DNA from: Patellaria atrata CBS 101060
Lineage: Eukaryota
Direction of reading: 5' to 3'
DNA length: 64,000 nt
NCBI GenBank assembly: GCA_010093705.1
Contig: MU006095.1
Coordinates: 806,001 to 870,000, forward strand
The position numbers and the translations under genes were made by a program. The notes under the pieces were generated by a model that worked only from the letters and a program-made list of their open reading frames with translations, did no database searches and had not been told where the DNA came from. Of the stretch, positions 40,201 to 51,015 are shown piece after piece. Positions within the stretch are counted from its first letter, which is position 1, and each line of letters starts with the position of its first letter.

Positions 40201-43200
40201 TGCCACCCCTCGACGTCTTGGCTTTTGCAGGTCCTGAGAAGGACGGGCACTGACGGGATGGTGGTCGTCTGGAAATTGACATATTGCCGTTCTGATTCCC
40301 TCATTCCTGGCCCCTAGTTTCCTCGAGACAGACCAGAATGGCGGGTTAAAGAGATTACGAAACTGCAGGGAACTACGAGACGCCAATATCTATCGTCTTC
40401 AGTCAATACTTTTTGTTGTGCGTACATTACTGTAAAACGATCTCGCGCAGCCCTGCCAGCTTCAGGAGTCCGTTTGCGACCACCTTCTACATGTAGAACA
40501 TCTCACACGTTCTCACTAGCGTCACGACACAACTATCTTTTACCATACATACAGCACTCACTCTCTAAAGTGATGTTCTCAAACTTTTGCTTCGAGTCAT
40601 TCATTGTTGCGAAAATGCGGTGGCCCTATCGCAGACTCAAAATTCGTCACCGCAGGAACGCACCATATGCGCCCAATAATACTCATCCCCTAGAGGGTTA
40701 AACGATCTCCTCTTCATAGCTACGGGATACGGTGCAAAATCCAAGGACACGAAATACAGATGTTGATCTAATTTGACATAGGAACAGTATCACGAATCGT
40801 ATCCCTGACGTAGAAGTTGAGCTACGTTTCGAGATTGCATTGTGGTGGGTCTGTCGCAGCTCACAGTGGCTAACCTCAAGGCAAATCACTAACTCAGATC
40901 GTCATCCCGTTCCCATATTTCGAATTCGAACCGCATCCGCTCTCGACTAGGAATCCTAACCCCGTAAGGGAAAGATACATGTACTTGCATCAGAAATTGG
41001 GATGTTGCTACGAGCGGGGAAGTGTGCTCAAGTGCCTCTCCTAGGGATTACTCCGGTTCACCGCTGAGATTAACTCTTGTCCCTGTCCATGTATTTTTGC
41101 AGAAAGTACTTTTCCGCTCTCTCGGGTTTACAAATTCGCAATTTATGCACAAAGGAAACTTTTCGGTTCCGGAATTTCCTGTATACGAAAACGGTGATCT
41201 TCATGCTGTCGATGACAAGCGCCGTACGCGATCTCGGAATGGCGTCTCATAAAACTGTTTCAGCCAGCGGTGACCCCCACACAGTGGGAATTTTGTTCCC
41301 CAGATCCAGCAAGGTCCCGCTCAGGAACACCTCCCCTTGTCGGTGATATAGAAATACGGCAACAAGTAACGGTAGCCGTCCAGTGCATCTTCCCATAACA
41401 GTTAAACGCCAACGAATATACTAACTTCATTCAATTAACCAGGTAACATCCAGCCGACTTGTCTATCTGCTACTACGCTCCTACAGCAGTTACGCCGCTT
41501 AGACAAACCCCTAATCCTTAATTGAAAGAATCATATGGAATTGCTAGTCTCTTTAGGGATCAGCAGTCCGTCGCCGTCAGTTTTCAAAAAACGCCAGTAT
41601 AAGCGAGATTTGCAATAGCAGATGTTATCGCTACACTACGATCAAAACATTGCCCCTATAGAGAGCCAATCAAATTAAACGTCTATGGCTGACGGACCGC
41701 TCCGACCCTATCAGGACGTTTGGTGACGAGCGGCCGTTCACTCAAAATCAAGAATTTAACACCGCCTATATCACAGCCCTACGCCGCTAGTCCGCCTCGT
41801 AAACTTGTTGTAATGGAGAACTAAAGAGCACAGACTCCTTCTTAATCCAATGACACGCCTTTCTCCTGATTCCAATGGCTCACCGCAACCACTCAGCTTT
41901 CATTGACGCTCCAGACAGTTTTTACCCTTGACCTCAGGCCTTCTCTTCAAATCTGATACCATCCTAGAACTCCTACTATAGCTAGGTCTACGAACTTCTG
42001 ATTTCCGAATCGGCGAACTGACGCGTACTTCCATTTACAGCGCCTCAAATGATCTTCATCACAGCACAAGTGAGACGCTGGTAGTGCTCCGCCACAGGGA
42101 CCGGGAGGGATAAAGTGTATCTGACAAACAGATGGATATAAAAAATTCGTTATGAAAGACCATATCATGTACGTACCACTGAAACTAAAGTACAGCTAGG
42201 GTCTTGAAAAGGATGAACCATCCATAAGCTAAAGATAGGATGACTCCATATGGAGCGGCATGAGTTTCTAACCATTCACTGGATAGTCACTATCCCTTGC
42301 TATGGGGACAGCCCATACTCTCACAATAGATCATAGTTTCCAGTTGTCAGCGTTACGACTGCTGAGTTATTAGGCGTCACTTTTCACATATTAAGCTAAA
42401 TGTCCTCTAGCAGTTTTACGCGGAATCGCGGATGATCTTCCAAAAGCAGGTTTCCATTGATCCATACAATCGTCGATCATCTCGGTAGCAATTATCCCTT
42501 TCTCAAAAGCCACCAGTATGTTGGCATGCGGATGGTCACGATAGTGTGCTTTCCTGGCGATGTCAACCGAACGATTCTCCATGATATTGAGTCATTTACA
42601 TATTGTAACATGCTCCTCGATTCTCTGTACTTGTACTCTACTGCAGTACAGGTATGCTAGACAATTGGGGTCATATTAAGGACAGCTTACCAGACTACTA
42701 GCGCAGGTGGTGAGGGTCTTCACTCTCGCCGGCCTCTTGGTTTAGCCCCACTCTTTTATTTCAATTGGCCATCGTACGTTATGTTTCTGTCCACATATCA
42801 GTGTACTGAGCAGTACAACATGTGACTAGCTGAGGACGCAAAATGCGGAATGCAGGCACATCAAGAAAGAGACATGCGCCCTCTCATTGGCCAATAAGTC
42901 CAGAATCATTCGGATCCAGGCCGATCTTAACCCCCAGTAAATCCACAAAATGGATCATATCAGCTCACTATCTTACCTCGCGTCATCCTGCCCTAAATGT
43001 ATAGATAGTTTAACCTCTAAGGGTCTAAATGTTTCAAGCTTTCTAGTATGGATTCGTTGCTAATGGTAGCATGGATTTGAGCCCTGGGAATTCATATTAT
43101 CATGTAAGTTCGCAACTCCACAAAGCCTCAATGGTTCGAGATACTCTCCCATGTCAAGTCAACCGGTATCTTTTCCGTTATGCTCGAACACGGGGTTTGC

Positions 43201-45961
43201 GAGAACACGATGTGCCGATGGTTCGGCCCGAGCGGAACATAGAAGTTTCATCTTGGATAAGCATGAGCCTCAACGTGAACATGCTTCTACGCCATCAGTC
43301 TTATACCATCTTTATCGCATGATTAGTCCGCCTCATTCTTCGCAGACCTCTTGACAATGCTGCTTTGTCATATCACTGGCCGGAACACTCTCTTCTCATT
43401 CTGTACGGCTCGAAATTAGACAGCATAATTGCATTCCTTCCCTTGAATCATTTTTAATGCGGCAGGATAAAAGCACATATCCAATTTGTATAGGCTAGCG
43501 ACTGCAGTGTAGTCTCACACTCGCTAGTCCCTGCTTCCATATGCATGGCCTACAAGATGGATATCGAATAAATAAGCTTAGCAGCTGTTTATTGCACGGG
43601 AACATGCAATACCAGCGCTAACTACACTGCAGAATCGTTAATCCTGACCTACGTGAGCTCCAGTGAACCAAACCTTGCATTGCATCTCCATTGTGTAGAT
43701 CCCGCGGACCTGCCACGTTATCAGGAATACTGCAATATGCAGACTGGGTTATTGGACCGAGTCCTCAACAATTTAGAACCAGTAATAGCATCTGGAACCA
43801 AATACGCCAAAGTGAAAAACCTTAGGTGAAGCCACAAGTCCTGCTTCGTTGTGACTTCATCTTACTCTTGAGGTTAGGCAGTCCATCAAGGAAATATCAG
43901 TATCGGGTAAAGTTGTTAGGCATGTTGTTAGGATTGTGTAGTCTTCGGTGAGTATTTCGTACGAGCATGATTCAAGCAGAGGGAGTCACAAGTCTCTCCT
44001 AAATTCCCCGTGCGTCCGTCCGACCTCAAGAACATAATGTTTTGCAGTCCATCCTTAGTGAACGTTGTCAGCTAACAGGCTGCACGTTACACAAGCCCAC
44101 AGTGATAACTAGGGTTAAAACCAAGGCACACTTCTGCAGTATGTGGGGATACTCCATTCACTTGTATGTGGGCAAAATGAACTTCTGTGCTTGGTAAGTT
44201 GTTGATATCTGTTCGTCATCTCAAAGGGTTTGAATGCCCGCCAGTCTTTACTAGGATTATTCCCATTCTGCGGTGGCTATGATAAGGACCAATATGATTG
44301 AACGTGCATGAATGTGCAGAGACGGTGGGTCGACACAGTCATTAAGCGGGAGAGCGGTGTGGTATTTGGAAGACCGACGTGACCTCCAGGTTAAACCTGG
44401 GGACCCGCGTGGGACACTTCAAAGCTGGAGACTTCAGGGCAACAGGAATTATCCCCGGACAGTCTCGATGGTATTGCGGCCAGCAACTATCGTTGAGGAG
44501 CGTAAAGGTCAGCTGAGGACTCAGGAACAGCAACTCACCTTGATGGTTATAGTCATTCTCTAAAGGCGGAAACGAGCGTTCCCTTTGCATACAAGGTTTG
44601 AAATTGAACATACCGCCGCGTCACTGACATTTGGGATAGCAGGATAAGGTATACGTCCTCAGGCTCAATCACTCAGTAGCCCTAATTGAACCCCGGCCAC
44701 ACTTCCTCGTTCTCGGTCACCTGCTCGAATATCGTCGGCGGGGAATCTCATCATCTGTCATGCACTGCGGACATATGTACACCATCCCCGAAGATACATA
44801 GAATACCGTCAACAGTCACAGTCGGACACTCTCTAACATCAGGAATAAACGCCCTTTACTTTACATTGAAGACAATCTGCAGTCCACGGAATCGATAAAA
44901 CATCTATACTAATCTTCACAGAGGATAACGGAAGTCAGGACGAACAACAAGCTTCGGGTATCTGATTCACCCCTGGATTATCCGTACAGCTACGCAGAGT
45001 GTCTATGATTTTACTATAAAGCGGTTTTCATGTACAAGGGCCCGAAGTGAATCAGTCGACGACTGGGCTGTATCAAACGATGACCGGCCTATATCAATCC
45101 ACGACTGGACTGGACTGTACAACATTACCGCAGTGTAATTTTGGCCTAACTATACTGTACTCATATGCACTTTACCTGTATGTATTACTCTGAAGTGAGT
45201 GTCCTGTGGATCCTGACTGTACTGGACAGTGCAATCCTATAGAATACTGGATCAGACTCAACTGTATGTAACAGATATAGATTATAGGGATAAGGGTCAG
45301 ACAAGATATACGAGACTGTACGATTAGACTGAATTGCACAGTGTGCCAAATGGCGAATGGGAGATGATATTCTTGCGACGAGACTGCGTCGTTGTAGGGA
45401 AGAGTTTTGTGTACGGTTCGGGGGTTTCTAGGTTGTTTGTATGATGGGTAGAATGGGTACTGGGTGACGTCGGGGAGGAGTGATGTCAGGAAGGATTTTG
45501 GGCACTGGGATAGCGGGTGTTGTCGATATGAAAGACATGAGTGGATTGAATTTGTCTAATAGGCCAGAGAGGGTACGGTTTCAAGAGGTAAAAGGAGTAG
45601 CGAAAAGGGAAACAGGGAGAATGAAGAAAGGGTAAGGGGTTGAAATCCGGGCTGGAAGATCAAATTGGAACTACAGATGAGGTATAGGATCATAGCAAAA
45701 TGGTATGGTAGAAGGTTGTATTCCGTTTCTTGTCCAGTGGGTCAAACACGATTTTCATTTTTCATTCATCTCCGCTACGTAGCTTTCGTATCGCATTACA
45801 TTCATATAGTACACAAACCGACGCCCGATCTACAACTCTTGAAGTATACAAGGTCTCTTCTCATTAACACAGCCAGATCTTCCACGTCCAAATCTCAGGA
45901 TTCTCGCATACGAGCCATATTGCTCGTATGCCGGTACGGCCATTCGTTCACCGTCTTTCCC

Positions 45962-48523
45962 TCATCCGACCACAAACCTCACACCGAGCACGACGCTGTC
46001 GCACTCGAAGTGACCACTCCTCTCGCTCCGAATTTGGCGGAGGGTCCCCCACTCCGTTCCGGCTTTGCCCTCCTCTGCGTACGTGAGCACGCAGTCCTTG
46101 CTGAGTTCCGGAGTCACGAGCTCCGGATCCAGGACGTACGTGTAGTTGTCTCCGTCCTTGGGTGCGGTATAGGGGGAGGGGACGCTGGACAGGGACGAGG
46201 TTGCCGAGGGGCCACGGGGACTGGCAGGGCGGGTAGGCCCGCGGGAGTTTCGGTTCGGTGGCGATGGTGCCACTGGCATGCTCGGGTGCGCGTGTAATTG
46301 AGCGCCAGACATCATGAGTTGCTCTGGCGGGGTACGAGGGGATGGTGCACGGGATCTCTTGGCCCGCGTGGGTGCTTGCTCCGGTATAGTTCGAGCTCGC
46401 AGGTTGACCGTGGATGGCGGCTCCCGAAGGGTTTGGATGAGGGGGTCGGAGAGCTGGGCCAGGCGGAATGGTTTGGTGAGGGTGGTGTCGCGGATGACCT
46501 TGGGACCGGCTTTGATCATGACCCGGGAGACGAGATCATCTGTGGGGAGTAAATTCATATTTCCACGGGATTGAACCACAAGATTGTGCGAAGGGTTGCG
46601 GATGGCGCTTGGGGCGTAGGAGAAGCTCCCGCGGCGAGTCATACCAAGTGTAGGGGCTGTTTCAGACGGTGTTGTTGCCATAGCAGCGTGGGATGCCTTC
46701 TGGTCACGCATGGGCAAGGTATGCTTAGGTTTGGCAGGAAGAATTAGCCGATTCTCTTTGAGGTTCTTGGATCCAGCATTAGATGGCGAAGAAGGGGTGT
46801 CGGGTGGCCGCATGCTATTATCAAGGGATCTCTTGGTAGGAGTAACCGCCACAGGGGAGGTGGTACCAGAACTACCATTATCCCGTAGAGTGAGAGTACT
46901 GAAGGTGTTTGTGCGCGTCCTTCGTAGGTGTAGAGGTGATCCTAGCCCTTTCCGTGCATAAGAAGTGACACCTATGTTTCCTATGGGGCGTCTCCTATCA
47001 TCGGGACTGCTGGTAACATTCACAATGTAGGAAAAACCCGCTATTCGAACTTGTTGGGATGACGGCTGTTGGCCGGATCCTGGTGAACGAGACAAGAAAA
47101 ACCCCGGAAGGAGATGCGATGGATTATGATTCTGTAAACTTACACTTGCATAATTTGCCCCTTGTGAGTCAATTCGCGGCTTGGATGAAGCAGAGACGCG
47201 GTCTGATAGCCACTTATTATCTGCTAAACTTGAGTCCACCCATTGAGAAGCATGTTCTGTGCCAGGCAGGTGCGACTGTGTACCAGCTGACACCACGTCA
47301 TCGTCTTGTGATTCTGTTGAACTTATTGAATATCTTTCGGTCCTGGCGGTGTGACGTTTGTCTGGAGCTTTGAAGCGGTAAGTCTCGCTCCATAGCCTCT
47401 TCGGCTCTTTTAGATACTCATGGCTAGCGTCGTATTTCCTTCCTTCTCCCGCAGATATGATCACATCAATGACTCCGAACCTGGCGCCCGGCTCTCGCAT
47501 GTTCTTGATTGCTTCGGGAGGCGGGATATCAGCCAAACTTCTGAGGTAGTCTCCGATTGGAGATCTGTCGCCGTACATGTCATATCCATTTGCTTCCGCT
47601 TCTTCCGCGATAGCTTTTGAGATCTCCATCCAGCGCTCTGTTGGCGCGGAAACGCCGGACTTCGAAGTTCTCTTAGAGTTTCTGAGCGACCCATCTGGAT
47701 GCTGAGCAGGAGGTACAATCACCCAAGCGTGTTCCACTATGTACCCAATTCTGGTTCCGGCGAATATGAGGGGAGTGATAGTGGTAGCGTTGAACCTAGG
47801 ACGATCACGTCTTGTCAAGAACGTGCAATTCACGAGCTCACCATTAAACAACACATCGATCCTCAAGTCTTGAGGTGCATTTTTAGGGTCCCGAAAGTTC
47901 TCAATGAATGTCTTGCCAGATAGGGCAACTTGGATCGCGAGTGCCTGGGGCTGCAGGAATTCGCTTGGTAGATTGTGCTGTAATCGAAGGGTTTGAAGAA
48001 GGTTTGGTAAGGAACGGTTCGGTGATACGTTGCGTGTCGCGCTGTCGGCAAGAGGTGGACGAGAAAGTGTTTGATGTCGCTTCGTAACTCGTGCCGCCCT
48101 ACTGTCTGTAGCTCCGTCCCCGTCGCCGGTTGTTTCGAGTTCTCCAGTAGGGATTACAAGTGACGAGGAGTCTTGCGATACGACCGATTCGGAGCGAAGA
48201 ATGGATTGTCGTTGCGATACGCGTCTTGTGGTGTGAGCATGCGGAGCCGTTTCGTTCGCTCTCACTAGTTCCGTGCCGGCGTGAACAAGGTAGAATGGAA
48301 TATCTTTATCCTTGCCGATGAAGTTGAGATTGGTGTCCTCGCCACCTTCGAACGGGATCGGTTTCTCGAAGAGACGGCGACCGTTGCGAAGCTGCGACTC
48401 GGAAATTTCAACATTTCTTCCTGCGGCAGGATTCTTCCTGACCTCTGGCTCTGCGACTGTTGACGAATTGAGATCAGCGACAGATAAGCGCACCGAAGTG
48501 CTGAGAGGAGAGTAGGTAGGCAT
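45962..48523 (-). CDS. Uncharacterised 853-aa protein, single exon, with Pro/Ser-rich disordered region
   Basis: Long uninterrupted ORF. Globular-looking block (DLRIDVLFNGEL..FAGTRIGY..EHAWVIVP..FGVIDVIISAGEG) and C-terminal PELSKDCVLTYA..LRQIRSERSG.F....VVLGVRFVV. Confidence 0.85.
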   Translation of the reverse strand: MPTYSPLSTSVRLSVADLNSSTVAEPEVRKNPAAGRNVEISESQLRNGRRLFEKPIPFEGGEDTNLNFIGKDKDIPFYLVHAGTELVRANETAPHAHTTRRVSQRQSILRSESVVSQDSSSLVIPTGELETTGDGDGATDSRAARVTKRHQTLSRPPLADSATRNVSPNRSLPNLLQTLRLQHNLPSEFLQPQALAIQVALSGKTFIENFRDPKNAPQDLRIDVLFNGELVNCTFLTRRDRPRFNATTITPLIFAGTRIGYIVEHAWVIVPPAQHPDGSLRNSKRTSKSGVSAPTERWMEISKAIAEEAEANGYDMYGDRSPIGDYLRSLADIPPPEAIKNMREPGARFGVIDVIISAGEGRKYDASHEYLKEPKRLWSETYRFKAPDKRHTARTERYSISSTESQDDDVVSAGTQSHLPGTEHASQWVDSSLADNKWLSDRVSASSKPRIDSQGANYASVSLQNHNPSHLLPGFFLSRSPGSGQQPSSQQVRIAGFSYIVNVTSSPDDRRRPIGNIGVTSYARKGLGSPLHLRRTRTNTFSTLTLRDNGSSGTTSPVAVTPTKRSLDNSMRPPDTPSSPSNAGSKNLKENRLILPAKPKHTLPMRDQKASHAAMATTPSETAPTLGMTRRGSFSYAPSAIRNPSHNLVVQSRGNMNLLPTDDLVSRVMIKAGPKVIRDTTLTKPFRLAQLSDPLIQTLREPPSTVNLRARTIPEQAPTRAKRSRAPSPRTPPEQLMMSGAQLHAHPSMPVAPSPPNRNSRGPTRPASPRGPSATSSLSSVPSPYTAPKDGDNYTYVLDPELVTPELSKDCVLTYAEEGKAGTEWGTLRQIRSERSGHFECDSVVLGVRFVVG

Positions 48524-49028
48524 AATAGGATATGACGATAATCAATGAGAGGAGAATGAGTGTGGGTGGCATGCAGCCGTCTTCTTTGCAATGAGAAAGG
48601 ATATTGTCATGTTGTTTTGAAAGGAAAGAGGGTCGCAATATGTTTTGTTGACGCTGCGGTTAGGCTCGTGATGTTGTCACAATATATCACGTTTTTCTTC
48701 ACTACCTTAACCATCCGCGTCTACATTGGGAAAGGAAAATATTTACTTCTCTTCGGATCAAATAATCAGAAATCTTACTCCTAATTCCCATCTTCTTTCT
48801 CAAAGTAATCTTATTCGGCTTTACATCTCACCTTACGCTATTTTACACCTAAGGCTTATATGCCATTGGTAGTCGGACCAACAGCTAAGGTATAAGGTAT
48901 CATCACGGCAGATTCGTCTCCTTGACCCTTGGTCTACGAGGCAGCCCGATCCGGTACCCAAAGAGGAAGGACCATGGCCTACGTACAAAGTTTCCATTCT
49001 GTCCCCGTACGATTTCAGCCTCTCGCGG

Positions 49029-49847
49029 TTACGGTGAATCGGTAATATCTGGTTCGATATCCAATTGTACGTCTCCCAAAGTGTCACCCAATTCCGCAAC
49101 AGTCCTCTCATACACCTTAGCAATTTCCATCTGCCAGTTTTTATCATCATTTTCATCTTCAAGGTCATCGTCTTCATCCATCGTGTCAATTTCTGACTCG
49201 GAAGGTGCGTCGACGGCCTCTTCGGGATCAAAATCCCCATTACTCATACTTTCAACTACAGTAATACGAGTCCTCCCTACTAGACCCTTAATTCTCACCT
49301 TCATCGTATCGGTGACCGTGTGTACCGAGTTAAATCCCGGAAGTGGGTCTCCTGTTTCAATATCCCTACCTTGTATGAGTGAAGCAAAGGCCAAATCTAA
49401 CTTATCTAAAAGGCGGAATATCGCTTTTGGGCACGGGGGAAACGCTGGAATGAATGTTTCTACCAATGAGGCGAGTGAAAGAAGATAGGGAACCTGCAAT
49501 GATGCTTCATATAAGCAAACAATCAGCCCTGGACAGTGTATTGAAGACACTGCGAAGTATTCGAAGGGAGACTAACGTGTTCCAGAGACCCAAACTACAT
49601 CCACCAGCTTCTCTACTTCAGCGCTGGCTTCCCGAAAGTTATCATATCCTCTTGCAGCCCCTTTACCAAATTCATCTCCAGTCTCCCTTTTCGCAAAGCG
49701 TCGCCGGATCAGAAGTATGCCTTGGTCTACGTGACGGATGAAGGTAGATTCCTTTGGACCGCCGCTTTTTAAAGGTTTGTCTCGGGGACGAGGAAGATGG
49801 CTACTAATGCTCGATGATACAACTGAAGAAGCTGGAGGTGAGAACAT
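49029..49847 (-). CDS. Tfb6-like protein (TFIIH-associated subunit family), 2 exons
   Basis: LPRPRDKPLKSGGPKES.FIRHVDQGIL.IRRRFAKR..KLVDVVWVSGTP-SLQVPYLLSLA..FRLLDKLDLAFASL..TMKVRIKGLVGRTR, then an acidic tract and WQMEIAKVYERTV.ELG. Family assigned from memory. Confidence 0.75.
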
Positions 49848-51015
49848 GATGGTCAGATCGGGTGGGGAGCTGCTAGAATCTGTGAGACGGAGAAAGTATT
49901 TCCAGAGTTCAGGTTGTTGGTGTCGTCTGATGTTGCTGATGGATGACGTGGACCAGGGTACCATAAGTCATCAGTCAAGTCGTAACGCCCTTACCCTAAA
50001 AACTGCTTCGTGGAGAACCCCACGTTTACTGTTTTGCCTTCAGATATGCAGATCTGTCGCATACAAGTATTGCCATCTCGAACGACGTTGAACTAGTCTT
50101 TGAGTGTAGCTCACCAGTGAACACTAGCTTTCTAAGGGATAGGTTTCGAATGCGTTCCTCTTTTTTTTTCTTGCGCTCTGTCGGCTATACCTGTACAGTA
50201 TAAGTGGTTTTCTCGGTTAGTTCTACCTGTCAATAAGCCTCGCTCTCTAAGGTGTTCTTAAGAGTGGAAAGAGGAGAATCATAAGAGTTAGATTGCGGCC
50301 TGATGGTCTGACGGTCTGACTATTTGCGCACCTCAATCGCATCATCAGCCTGGAGCAAAAAAAGTTTGAGCATCTTTCGATACGTCACTATAAAGAATCT
50401 CTAGAATGGCACGGTTCGCATCAGATTTACCGACGGGTGTGTACAAAGTACTGTATTGATGGGCTATACAGAGTAGTCCTCGTGGACTACGGATAGATAT
50501 TTTACTTTCAACGTGCCACAAGTTCATAACACTCCAGACAGATTTTATAATGGGCATAAAAAATGTAAGTGTAAGCGAGGGCTAACTATAGGCTACTTCC
50601 CGGCCTCCGCCGCACATCACTGCTGGGGTTGACAACTCGTGGCACTGCAGAGGTTCACTTTAGTACAGAGGTACAGTTAGTAACAGAGGATTTAGCTATC
50701 CTACATCAAATTCCCTCTGCACCTTTATCTTACCACTTTGTCGTGTGCTCTATCCTCATCATTACTGTTCCCGTCGTCCCATTACCCCGGATATCCACCC
50801 TCTGTGGCCAGGAGTGTCATTACTTCTTTTGAAATTTACACCAATAAACTCACCACATTACCGCGTCGACAATCCCTTTGCCCATAGAGTAACAACCTGT
50901 CTCTTCATGTCCAACTCCGAGTAATCCATTCTCCATCCTTTGACCCTATCGCCAACTGTAGCATGAGGTACAAAGCCGCTGATTGCCCCTGTGTTCTGCG
51001 CCGGGTTTATACTTC

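Noticed and set aside
41947..42221. Possible two-exon Cys-containing mini-gene on the minus strand (MVHPFQDPSC.../IHFIPPGPCGG...)
   Set aside because: A GTACGT..CAG intron can be drawn in frame, but the branch site is poor and there is no signal peptide or family motif.
45095..45345. Scattered ACTGT/ACTGG pentamers
   Set aside because: Looks like a decayed microsatellite with no regular repeat-spacer structure. Not CRISPR-like.
45665..46297. Long antisense ORFs over GC-rich genes (also 9890-10498 and 60332-61012)
   Set aside because: Shadow ORFs caused by the codon bias of the real genes on the opposite strand.
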